A stretch of 64,000 bases of DNA from Planctomycetota bacterium (GTDB lineage: Bacteria > Planctomycetota > UBA1135 > UBA2386). The position numbers and the translations under genes were made by a program. How positions within the stretch are numbered: the stretch's first letter is position 1; every line of letters starts with the position of its first letter. The stretch covers positions 2,080,001-2,144,000 of the forward strand of contig OZ245006.1 of NCBI GenBank assembly GCA_965223545.1, read 5' to 3'. The notes under the pieces were generated by a model. The model saw only the letters and a program-made list of their open reading frames with translations. It did no database searches and was not told where the DNA came from. Below, piece by piece: positions 47,598-56,476 of the stretch.

Positions 47598-48001
47598 TGC
47601 GCTTCTTGCACTGGCTGCGCTCGCTCTTCGCCGTCCCACCGAGCCCGTCCGCGGACGACTACCAGGACTGCTCCAACTGCACCCACACCTATCCGCGCAG
47701 CCGCGCCGACTGCCCGGTCTGCGGCGCCGGCGCCGACGGCAATGGCGCGGTGCTGGCAATGGACGAGGCGGTGCGCGCCGCGGCACAGCAGTGCGGCGGG
47801 GTCGTCGACGGCCAGCTCGAGTCGGCGACACTGCCGCTGCTGGTCTGCGAGCGCGGGGTCGTCGCGATTCGCGGTGGCGCCCTCGCCTGGTCGTGGTCGG
47901 GAGAGCGCGTGTTCGACGTCGAGCAGCGCGACGAGCGCGTCTGGGTCACGACCGACCAGGGCGACGTCTGTCTGCACCAAGCGGACGGCCGCGTCGCGTG
48001 A
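47594..48001 (+). CDS. hypothetical protein with zinc-ribbon motif
   Basis: CSNC...CPVC; ATGA overlap with the sulfotransferase. Confidence 0.6.
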   Translation: MMRFLHWLRSLFAVPPSPSADDYQDCSNCTHTYPRSRADCPVCGAGADGNGAVLAMDEAVRAAAQQCGGVVDGQLESATLPLLVCERGVVAIRGGALAWSWSGERVFDVEQRDERVWVTTDQGDVCLHQADGRVA

Positions 48002-48011
48002 CGGCGGTGGT

Positions 48012-48884
48012 CTATCGCCCGCTCGGCTGCGCGGCTCCGCGCGGACTGCCGGGCGGCCGCGCGACGCGGCGCTGGCGCGGTTCGTAGTAGCTCAGCAGAG
48101 CCTGCTGTGCCTGGATCTCCTCCGCCGGCAAGTCGAGCGCGCGCATGACGTCGATCAGGATCCGCCGCGCGCCCAGATTGGACGGGCGGATCTCGAGGCT
48201 GGCGTGCAGTGCGTGCGCCGCGTCCTCGCGGCGGCCCTGGAGCAGGAGCAGCCGCCCCAGACTCTCGAGCACGGTGGGGTCGTGCGGCCGCAGCTCCGCG
48301 GCTTGCCGGTAGGCCTCCTCCGCCGTCGCAAAGTCGCGCTGGCGCAGGGCGACATCCGCCACCAACAGCGCGGTCTCCCCGTCGCGTGGCTGCATCTCGC
48401 GCGCGCGCGACGCCAGCTCAGCGGCCCGGTCGAGCTCGCGGCAAGCCAGGCTGAGGCGCGCGGCGCGCCGCAGGGTGCGCGCGTCGGTCGCGTGCTCGAC
48501 GATGCGATCGACGTAGCCGGAGCAGACCTTGCGGTCGGTCGGCGCGGTCAGCTCGGCGGCGATCCACAGCGCCTGCAGTCTTTCGGGTTCGATCTCGAGG
48601 GCACGGCGCACCGCGGCCAGCGCTTCCTCGTTTTCATCCTGCAGCTGCAGGCACAACGCGAGCTGGGTCCACATCACTGCCGACCCCGGCTGCACCTCGA
48701 CCAACGTGCGCAGCATGCCCTCGGCCTGCGCGTACTGCTTGGTCTCCAACAGCCGGAGCGCGAAACGGAGATCCGCGTAGGCTCCGCGAAACTCCTGCCG
48801 GCCGTTGGCCGGTGCTTGCGCCGACGGCGCGGCAGCCAGCAACGCCAGCGCCACGCCAAAACCACCGATCCACGCCTTCATCAC
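48012..48884 (-). CDS. secreted tetratricopeptide-repeat protein
   Basis: GGAGG RBS, signal peptide, multiple TPRs (EALAAVRRALEIEP, AEEAYRQAAELRPHD). Confidence 0.85.
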   Translation of the reverse strand: MMKAWIGGFGVALALLAAAPSAQAPANGRQEFRGAYADLRFALRLLETKQYAQAEGMLRTLVEVQPGSAVMWTQLALCLQLQDENEEALAAVRRALEIEPERLQALWIAAELTAPTDRKVCSGYVDRIVEHATDARTLRRAARLSLACRELDRAAELASRAREMQPRDGETALLVADVALRQRDFATAEEAYRQAAELRPHDPTVLESLGRLLLLQGRREDAAHALHASLEIRPSNLGARRILIDVMRALDLPAEEIQAQQALLSYYEPRQRRVARPPGSPRGAAQPSGR

Positions 48885-48911
48885 TTCCTCCCCTTCGCCT
48901 GTTCCTCGCGT

Positions 48912-49439
48912 CTACGGATCCTTGATGGTCAGCGACGGCTCCGCCGCGCGGATGCTGTACATGACCCGCCGGTTCTGCGCGAAGATGTCGATGCGCAGGA
49001 TGTCCGACCGCCCCTCGCGACCACCGCTGACGACGCCGTTGCCGTCCAAGTCTTGCGTCACCTTGATGCGCCAGGTGGTCAGGTCGCCGTGCGTGCGGAT
49101 CTGAAAGCTGTACCCGGCCGCGGTCGGGCCGACGAGCATGCCATACAGGGAACCCGTGCCGAGATCGTAGTCGTCGTCCAGCAACTCGGTCAGTTCGGCG
49201 TTGGTCGCCGTCGGGTCGGCGGGCGTGCCGAACGGGATCTCACGCAACCGGTTGAGGTAGTCCGCAGCCAGCTTGCTGACGTGGTGCTTGCGCTGCACGG
49301 TCGCGCGCGAGCGCACCGACATCGTCACACTGCCGTAGAGCACCAACATCACGACCGTCGAAGCGATCATCGCGATCGACAGCTCGATCAACGTGAAGCC
49401 GCGCTCGCCCTGCCGCGCGCGACCGCCTGGGGCGCGCAT
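48912..49439 (-). CDS. type IV prepilin-like protein (minor pilin/pseudopilin)
   Basis: Class III signal ERG|FTLIELSIAMIASTVVMLVL. Confidence 0.88.
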   Translation of the reverse strand: MRAPGGRARQGERGFTLIELSIAMIASTVVMLVLYGSVTMSVRSRATVQRKHHVSKLAADYLNRLREIPFGTPADPTATNAELTELLDDDYDLGTGSLYGMLVGPTAAGYSFQIRTHGDLTTWRIKVTQDLDGNGVVSGGREGRSDILRIDIFAQNRRVMYSIRAAEPSLTIKDP

Positions 49440-49444
49440 CGACC

Positions 49445-49789
49445 TCAGCGCACTCGGTACGCAATCTCGAGGTTTTGCCATCGATCTCTCGCCTCCTCCG
49501 CTCGTTTGACTTTCTCCGGGTCGGTGGCCGCCTCACCAGTCGGCGCTGCCGATGTACCGCTGACCTCTGGCGGCGGCCCGGGCGGGCCCTGCAGGACCGG
49601 CCCCGGTGCCGACCAGCTCGCGCCGACCAGCACGAACTCGCCCGGCGGCACATCGACCTCGGCCGCCCGGCTCGAGGGCGTTTCCGCCGGTGGCTCCGGC
49701 GGGGCCGGAGCACACAGCGTCTCCAAGAGATCCGCCAGCAACAGCCCCGCGCCGATGCCGAACCCGACTCGAACCGCGATGTAGCGCAT
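49445..49789 (-). CDS. small exported/membrane-anchored Pro-rich hypothetical protein
   Basis: GGAGAGGG RBS; N-terminal hydrophobic stretch; lies inside the pilin operon. Confidence 0.55.
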   Translation of the reverse strand: MRYIAVRVGFGIGAGLLLADLLETLCAPAPPEPPAETPSSRAAEVDVPPGEFVLVGASWSAPGPVLQGPPGPPPEVSGTSAAPTGEAATDPEKVKRAEEARDRWQNLEIAYRVR

Positions 49790-49833
49790 TCCCTCTCCCC
49801 CGATCTCCCGTGGTGTTCCTCAGGCCGCGACCG

Positions 49834-51927
49834 TCATTGCACGCTGACCACCTGGCCCGCGGACGACAGCGACCACACCGGCTCGTTTTCTTCCAGGGCC
49901 GACGGCGGCGCGATGCCACCCTCTTCGAGGATCAGACCGCGATCCATCATCGCCACCCCGGTCTGGAAGCCGGCCAGCAGCTCGTTGTTCTCATCGAGGA
50001 TCGCGGCGGCCGGGCGCTTGCGGCACGCCACTCCACCCAGGCGACGGATCGATTCCTTGAGCCATGTCGATGGATCCTGCACCAGCGACTCGTCGACGTA
50101 GACGTCGCCCGTGTCCTCGGTGACCGACAGCACCTCGAAGCCGATCTTGCCGCCCAAGCTCATCAGCGAAGCGTTGAGCTCGACCCGGCTCGGCATCTCC
50201 AAGCCGTAGAGAATGTCATCCTGCGCAACGACGCCGAGCACGGAGCTGCCGTCGTACGCCGGGTTCGAGTCGTACGGCTGGTCCGGGTCGGTCCCGTTCA
50301 GCATCCGCGTATCCCCCTCGTCGTCGACGTACTGCAGCGAGCCCGTCAGCGTGATCTTGCCGTTGGAGACGATCGTCATCTGGCCATTGAGCTGCCCCGA
50401 CAAACGACGCACCGAGCCCTCGAAGTAGACCAACCCGTTCGCCGCCGTCGTCTCCGACCGCACCAGCTCACCGGGCACCAGCTCCGTCTCGGTGTAGGTG
50501 TACTCCTCCTCGATGTAGACCGGCTCATCGGCGTACTTCGTGACGGTCTCGTAGTGCGAGAACACCTCTTCCTCGACCTGCACCGTCTGCGTCCCCGTTT
50601 GCACCAGCTGCGTCGTTTCCTCGAGCACGGTCTCGTAGCCGACGACGACGAGATTGGTCTCGGTGCGGGTCACGGTCTCGGTGCCGACCTGCACTTGCTG
50701 GGTGGTCGTGATCTCGGTCTCTTCGTAGTGCGAGATGTAGGTCTCGGTGACCTCTTCCCAGCTGGTCACCGTCTCCCAGTGGCCGGTGACGGTATCCTCG
50801 TTGCCGCCGCCGACGCTGATGCCGCCGCTGATCTCTTCTTCGGTCGGCGGCGGATCCTCGACCCAGACCTCCTCGGTGACCTCGACCAGCACGGTGCGCT
50901 CGGCGTAGACCGGGGTCAGCGCCGTCGTGGTCACGGTCTGCTCCTCGTAGATCGGCACGGTCTCGGTGATCGTCACCTCTTCGGTGTCGTAGATCGGGTT
51001 CGTCACCTCGATGAGGACCACCTCGGTCTCGTAGACCGGCTCCTCCACGTCGTAGACGTTGGTCGTGTAGACCGGCACCTGCTCCTCGTACGGCACCTGC
51101 TCGTAGTGGCTGAAGACCTGCCGGATGCCGGTGCGCTCGACCTCGACCCACTGGTCCTGGGCAAAGAGGTCGACGTGCAACGAGGTGTTGTCGATTGTCA
51201 GCTCCGCGACCAGGTCGTCCACCACCTTGTAGGTGGTCGGCTTGCTGGCGTAGTCGGCCGCGGCCCGGCCGGCGAGCAGCTCCTTGACCGGCGAATGCGG
51301 GTCCGACGGACCGTAGATGCGGGTGTTGCCCTCGGTCGCCCCGGCTTCGTAGCCAAAGCCCTCGCTGGCGGTGACCGAGTCGCGATACAGACCCCACGGA
51401 AAGTAGAACTTCAACTGCCGGTTGGTGTGGATCGCGCCGCGCGGCGCTCCGGACACGCCGAGCGGGTGGTCCTCGACGAAGAACGAGTACGAGGTCATCG
51501 GCCGCGTCTCGCGCACGTAGGCCTGCGCGAGCTTGGAAACGCCCTGCTCCTCGCCCCGGGCGCGCAGCCGAAACCACGGCGCCGAAGCGCTGCCGACGCG
51601 CGTCACCATGACCCTGGTCCCAGGCACAAACGGCGGCGCGCTCGAGACCGCCTGCTGCAGGACAGTGTTCTGCCCCGCGACGTAGCTCGATGCATTGACG
51701 ATGTTCTTGGCAATCTCGAGTTCGGCGATCGCCTCGGCCATGGCGCGGTGCGCGTGGTATCGCTTCTCGACCGCTCGCTGCTCACCCATGATCACCGTCA
51801 GCTGCGAGGTGACCACGGTCGCCACCGTGACGAGCATGATCACCAGGACGAGCATCACCGAGCCGGCTTCGGACGATCGCGAGTGGTCGGACAGTGATGT
51901 CGAGGTGGAGTGGCGCATTGTCCGCAT
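49834..51927 (-). CDS. PilX/GspK-type large minor pilin (DUF4900/ComZ-like C-terminus) with long acidic beta-rich insertion
   Basis: EAG|SVMLVLVIMLVTVATVV (no Glu5), RAMAEAIAELE, GAIHTN; C-terminal GLVYFEGSV..GQMTIVSNGKI..LGVVAQDDI; start 51927 or 51918. Confidence 0.8.
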   Translation of the reverse strand: MRTMRHSTSTSLSDHSRSSEAGSVMLVLVIMLVTVATVVTSQLTVIMGEQRAVEKRYHAHRAMAEAIAELEIAKNIVNASSYVAGQNTVLQQAVSSAPPFVPGTRVMVTRVGSASAPWFRLRARGEEQGVSKLAQAYVRETRPMTSYSFFVEDHPLGVSGAPRGAIHTNRQLKFYFPWGLYRDSVTASEGFGYEAGATEGNTRIYGPSDPHSPVKELLAGRAAADYASKPTTYKVVDDLVAELTIDNTSLHVDLFAQDQWVEVERTGIRQVFSHYEQVPYEEQVPVYTTNVYDVEEPVYETEVVLIEVTNPIYDTEEVTITETVPIYEEQTVTTTALTPVYAERTVLVEVTEEVWVEDPPPTEEEISGGISVGGGNEDTVTGHWETVTSWEEVTETYISHYEETEITTTQQVQVGTETVTRTETNLVVVGYETVLEETTQLVQTGTQTVQVEEEVFSHYETVTKYADEPVYIEEEYTYTETELVPGELVRSETTAANGLVYFEGSVRRLSGQLNGQMTIVSNGKITLTGSLQYVDDEGDTRMLNGTDPDQPYDSNPAYDGSSVLGVVAQDDILYGLEMPSRVELNASLMSLGGKIGFEVLSVTEDTGDVYVDESLVQDPSTWLKESIRRLGGVACRKRPAAAILDENNELLAGFQTGVAMMDRGLILEEGGIAPPSALEENEPVWSLSSAGQVVSVQ

Positions 51928-52193
51928 GATCGGTGTGCACTGCCGAGCGCTTGAACACAATGTGGTCCCGACTTGGACGACCGTACCGACGCCACCGCAG
52001 CCTGCCCGTGACACCGCGCCTGTGGCGGCGCAGCGAACATGCTTTCTTGACCGCGGACATCGCCGAGCGGACTGCGACCGGCGGCGCCGGGCGCGGGCCT
52101 CGACTGGAAATCCCCGGCAGGGATTCTCAGCCAGGGACTGGAGCGATGAGGTTGCGGCGCGCCGCACGCCGATAGCACCGACAACGGTTGGGC

Positions 52194-54044
52194 ATGGCCA
52201 GCCGGATCTCCGCCGTGAAGACCGAACCCAAGTTCATCGACCTGAAGCTGAGCCCCGCCAAGGCGCGGGTGCTCGGTGTGCGCGTCAGTACGCTGAACTA
52301 CTCCGCCCGGCTGATGGGCGTGCAGGAGATCCAGCTGCGGGAGACCGACGATCCGATCATCTCGGTCGAGATCGACCACGAAGGCGGCGTCCACGAGACC
52401 GTCGTTCAGCCGTTGGAGCTCGAGTTCCGCCCAATCCAGTGGGACGACTACCTCGCCATCGGCGCAAAGACCGCGATCTCGGTCAGCGCGTTCTTGGGTG
52501 AGGACCCGAGCCCGCTGTTCCAACGACCGCCGGTCTGCGACCACTGCGGCGACGACCTCGTCCACGACCTGGTGTACGTCTTCCGTCGCGGCGACGAATC
52601 GGACTGCCAGATCGCGCGCGATTGCCTAGTGCAGGCGTTTCCCCACATCCAGGTCGCGCACAACCAGGTCCTCGAGCATGCGGCCCGCGTCGGGCTGTTG
52701 CTCGACGGCATGGTCGACGACGACGAGGAGGATCCCAGTCTCGTCTGGCGCGTCCGCTCGAAGAAGAAGGTCGAGGACCCGAGCCGCAACCTCCATCCGC
52801 ACGTGGTCACGGCGATCGTCGCCGCTTCGGTCATCGCCGGTCTCGGCCTCGGTGTCGGTTGGCGCGCCGCGGATCCGAACGAGCCGGTCACCCAGCAACA
52901 GCAGCAGGCGCGGGCCGGTGGAGCGCAGCGGCCGACCGGCGTCAAGCTCGACTGGAGCTCGAGCGGCGGCGGTGGACCCGGCAGCGGAAGGCGCTTGACC
53001 GCGCTCGAGTCCGCACAGATCGAGCTGTGGGAGCTGCTCAAAGGCCTGCGCGCCGCCGAATCCAGCGATGAACGCCAGGAGCTGCACAACCGGCTCGAGA
53101 CGCGCATGCAACAGCTGTTGCCGGCGTTGCTCGGGCTGCTGGCGGACGCCAATCATCCGATGATCCTGGACGCGATCCGGGTCGTGAAGACCTACAAGGT
53201 GAGCGACGCCCTGCCGATGCTGGCGCATCTGGCGCAGAGCTCGCGCGTCCCGGTGCGCGCGGCGGCGACCGAGGCGGGAGCCAGCTTGAGCGACTGGTGG
53301 CAGGACAAGGCCGCGCCGTTGGTGACAACCAGGGTCGACGGCATCGGTAGCGACGCGTTCTCGATCACGACCGCGGAGTCCAACCCCGACACGCTGCTCG
53401 AAGCGCTCAAGCTCAAGCCTGGGTTGGCGACCGAAGCGGACGTTCTCGCGCTGTGCCACTTCGTCCGCAGCGCCACGCGCGGCATCCAGAAGCTGCAAGG
53501 GATCCGCGCGCTGGCCCGGTTGCAGCCGACCGCGGTGGCCGATCTATGCATCGCCGAGCAACTCAACAGCCATGACTCCGCGGTGCGCCGCGCCGCCCTC
53601 GACGCGCTCGCCAACTTGCCATTCGCGCCCAACGCCAACCACCAACAGCAAAAGCGCGTGATCGACGAGCTGCTGCGCATTGTCACCAACCCGGGCACGC
53701 GCTCCCGCGAGGTGGCCATGGCGTTGCTGGTCATCGAGCGGCGCGGCCACATCCCGGTCGACCAGCTCAAGGAGTACGTCGACCGCATGGCGCCGGCGCT
53801 GCAGGTCCTGGTTGCGCGCTGCTTGGTGACCGGCGGCGAACGTGAGGGTGCGCAGCTGGCGACATCCTTGCTGGCGCAGGATCTCAGCGGCAACACCTAC
53901 GCGGGCCGCGAGGCCGTGGCTCTCTTGGAGGACCTGTCCGGACTCCACCACGGCACCGACGTCGAGGCATGGAACGCCTGGATCGATCGGCAGGACATCT
54001 TCCGCCCGAGCCAGTTGGCACGGCCCCCGGCGCCATCCTGGTAG
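52194..54044 (+). CDS. single-pass membrane protein: N-terminal CxHC domain, C-terminal HEAT-like repeats
   Basis: CDHC..VYVFRR..QIARDCL; TM VVTAIVAASVIAGLGLGVGW; VRAAA, VRRAALDALANL; ends GLHHGTDVEAWNAWI. Confidence 0.75.
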   Translation: MASRISAVKTEPKFIDLKLSPAKARVLGVRVSTLNYSARLMGVQEIQLRETDDPIISVEIDHEGGVHETVVQPLELEFRPIQWDDYLAIGAKTAISVSAFLGEDPSPLFQRPPVCDHCGDDLVHDLVYVFRRGDESDCQIARDCLVQAFPHIQVAHNQVLEHAARVGLLLDGMVDDDEEDPSLVWRVRSKKKVEDPSRNLHPHVVTAIVAASVIAGLGLGVGWRAADPNEPVTQQQQQARAGGAQRPTGVKLDWSSSGGGGPGSGRRLTALESAQIELWELLKGLRAAESSDERQELHNRLETRMQQLLPALLGLLADANHPMILDAIRVVKTYKVSDALPMLAHLAQSSRVPVRAAATEAGASLSDWWQDKAAPLVTTRVDGIGSDAFSITTAESNPDTLLEALKLKPGLATEADVLALCHFVRSATRGIQKLQGIRALARLQPTAVADLCIAEQLNSHDSAVRRAALDALANLPFAPNANHQQQKRVIDELLRIVTNPGTRSREVAMALLVIERRGHIPVDQLKEYVDRMAPALQVLVARCLVTGGEREGAQLATSLLAQDLSGNTYAGREAVALLEDLSGLHHGTDVEAWNAWIDRQDIFRPSQLARPPAPSW

Positions 54045-54252
54045 CGAACTCCGGGACATCGGCGAACGAGGGGGCGGGGGGTACGCCCGCTGCGACCGGA
54101 CGGTCACCGCCGCCGTTTCGCACGGGTACGCGGAGCCAGTCTCGAGATCATCGACCGGCGGCCTCCGCGATTGGCCCGAAACGGGCCCGGGTCCGCGTCA
54201 AGGCCTCACCGGCGGCGGCCGATATCCCGCACGGGGTACTCCGGAGGAACAC

Positions 54253-55401
54253 ATGAGAGCCATCGTCGGACACAGCGACGACATCGACACCCGCGACGCG
54301 GTCGCGGAAATCGTTTCACAATGCGAAGCGCAGCTCGACGGCGAACAGCCCGTGGCGGCTCTCGTGTTCATGAGCACCGACTACGAGCACGCGGTGGCGC
54401 TCGACCTGCTCGACAAGCGTTGGCCCGGCCTGCCCTTGATCGGCGGCAGCACCGATGGCGAGCTGTCATCCGAGCGCGGCTTTCAGCGCGACTCGCTGCT
54501 GGTCACGCTGCTGGTGGGTGACGAGATCGAGGCCGTCAGCGGGCTGGCCCTCGACCTGTCCGGCGGGATCGACGCGGCCGTCGACCGGGCGGTCGCTGCG
54601 GCTGGCGGCCGCGCGCCGCAGCTGTGCCTCACCGCGTTCGCCCCCACGACCAACAGCACGGCGGTGATCCGGGCACTCGACGCCCGCCTCGCGGGCTGCC
54701 CCGTCCTCGGCGGGCTGACCGCCGACCACCGGGAGTACTCGCGCATGTCCGAGTTCTCGTCGCGCCAGGTGTCCACCGACTCACTGACCACGCTGATGCT
54801 GTTCGGCGACCTGCAGGTGAGCTGGGGCATCGGCTCCGGCTGGTTCCCGATCGGCAGCTGGCACGAGGTCACCGCCACCGACGGCCACGTGGTGTCGTCG
54901 ATCGACGGCAAGCGCGCGATCGACGTGTATCGCGACTACTGGGGCGACGTACCGACCGGCAGCCTCGGCGAGTACCCGCTCGCGGTGTTCCCGGAGGGTC
55001 GCGATGGGCCGTCGTTCTTGCGGGCCGCGCTCGGCTGTGACCCGTCCACCGGGTCCATCCGCTTCGCGGGCGACGTGCCGATGGGATCGCTGGTGCGCAT
55101 CACCGAGGTCCTGCCCGACGGCATCCTGGCGGGGTCCGAGGCGGCGACCAAGGACGCCGTCGCCGGCTACCGCGGCTCCGACCCCGCCCTGGCGCTCGCG
55201 TTCAGCTGCGCCGCGCGCAAGTGGGTGCTCGGCACCAAGGCGGAAGAGGAGGCAGGGCTGTTACACGACAGCTTCTCGAGCATGCGCGCGCAGATCCCGA
55301 TGGCCGGCTTCTACTGCTTTGGCGAGATCGCTCCGTTCCGCCCGGGCGGCGCCACTCAGTTCCACAACGAAACCTGTGTGAGCGTGCTGCTGGGCTCCTA
55401 G
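54253..55401 (+). CDS. FIST N/C-domain signal transduction protein (NosP-like)
   Basis: GGAGGA RBS; LIGGSTDGEL, LGGLTAD, SGWFPIG, FSCAAR, GFYCFGEI..FHNET. Confidence 0.92.
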   Translation: MRAIVGHSDDIDTRDAVAEIVSQCEAQLDGEQPVAALVFMSTDYEHAVALDLLDKRWPGLPLIGGSTDGELSSERGFQRDSLLVTLLVGDEIEAVSGLALDLSGGIDAAVDRAVAAAGGRAPQLCLTAFAPTTNSTAVIRALDARLAGCPVLGGLTADHREYSRMSEFSSRQVSTDSLTTLMLFGDLQVSWGIGSGWFPIGSWHEVTATDGHVVSSIDGKRAIDVYRDYWGDVPTGSLGEYPLAVFPEGRDGPSFLRAALGCDPSTGSIRFAGDVPMGSLVRITEVLPDGILAGSEAATKDAVAGYRGSDPALALAFSCAARKWVLGTKAEEEAGLLHDSFSSMRAQIPMAGFYCFGEIAPFRPGGATQFHNETCVSVLLGS

Positions 55402-55424
55402 TCCGAACTGGGCCTAGTGGTGCG

Positions 55425-56474
55425 ATGCACGAACCACCGCGAGAATCCGACGAGCTTGCCCAGGCCGAGATCCGGCGGCTGCAGAAGGAGATCCGCCGCG
55501 AGCAACGGCGGGCCGAGCAGTTCGCCCGAGAAGCGCGCACTGCGGAGGCCTTCTTCGAGCAGAGCCGCCGGGCCATGCTGCGCACCCACGCCGAGCTCGA
55601 GCGGACGATCGAGCAGCTCGGCGCGACGGCCACCCAGCTCCAACAGCGGGAGAAAGAGCTGCAGCTCCTCAACCACTCGCTGCAGCAGCAAGTCGAGGAA
55701 CGCACCCGTGACCTGACCGCGGCCAAGGAGCGGGCCGAGCGCGCCAACCAGGCGAAGAGCGAGTTCCTCGCCAACATGTCCCACGAACTGCGCACGCCGA
55801 TGCACGCGATTCTGAGCTTCGCTCAGTTCGGTGCCTCGCGCTCGTCGCCGGAGCAACACGGCAGGCTGCACTCGTTCTTCTGGCGCATCCAAACGGCCGG
55901 CGCCAGCCTGATGTCGCTGCTGAACAACCTGCTCGATTTGTCCAAGCTCGAGTCCGCGGAGGTCGCGCTCGACCGGCTGCCAATGTGCTTGACCGACGTC
56001 GCCCGGACGGTCGCCACCGAGTTCTCGGCCCTGCTGGAACAACGCTGCCTGCGGCTGCGCGTGCGGACACCGGAGTCGGTGAGGATCCGAGGAGACGAGA
56101 CGCGGCTCGCACAGGTCGTGCGCAACCTGTTGGGCAACGCCATCAAGTTCTCGACCGATGGCGCCACCATCGACGCGGTCGTGCAAGAGCACGGAGACCG
56201 AGCGCGCCTTTCCATCTCCGACCGCGGCGCCGGGATTCCCGACGACGAGCTCGAGCTCGTCTTCGACAAGTTCGTGCAATCCAGCAAGACCAACACCGGC
56301 GCCGGGGGCACCGGCCTCGGCCTGGCGATCTGCCGCCAGATCGTCCAGCACCACGGCGGCCGCATCCGCGCAACCAACCGGTTGGGTGGCGGCGCGCGAC
56401 TGATCGTCGACCTGCCCACCGGCGAGCTACCGTTGAACGAAACGGCCGCGGCCCTCGCTACCGCGCAGGCGTGA
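55425..56474 (+). CDS. soluble sensor histidine kinase (coiled coil + HisKA + HATPase)
   Basis: KSEFLANMSHELRTPM, QVVRNLLGNAIKF, DRGAGI, GGTGLGLAI; no TM, sensor or receiver domain. Confidence 0.92.
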   Translation: MHEPPRESDELAQAEIRRLQKEIRREQRRAEQFAREARTAEAFFEQSRRAMLRTHAELERTIEQLGATATQLQQREKELQLLNHSLQQQVEERTRDLTAAKERAERANQAKSEFLANMSHELRTPMHAILSFAQFGASRSSPEQHGRLHSFFWRIQTAGASLMSLLNNLLDLSKLESAEVALDRLPMCLTDVARTVATEFSALLEQRCLRLRVRTPESVRIRGDETRLAQVVRNLLGNAIKFSTDGATIDAVVQEHGDRARLSISDRGAGIPDDELELVFDKFVQSSKTNTGAGGTGLGLAICRQIVQHHGGRIRATNRLGGGARLIVDLPTGELPLNETAAALATAQA

Positions 56475-56476
56475 CC

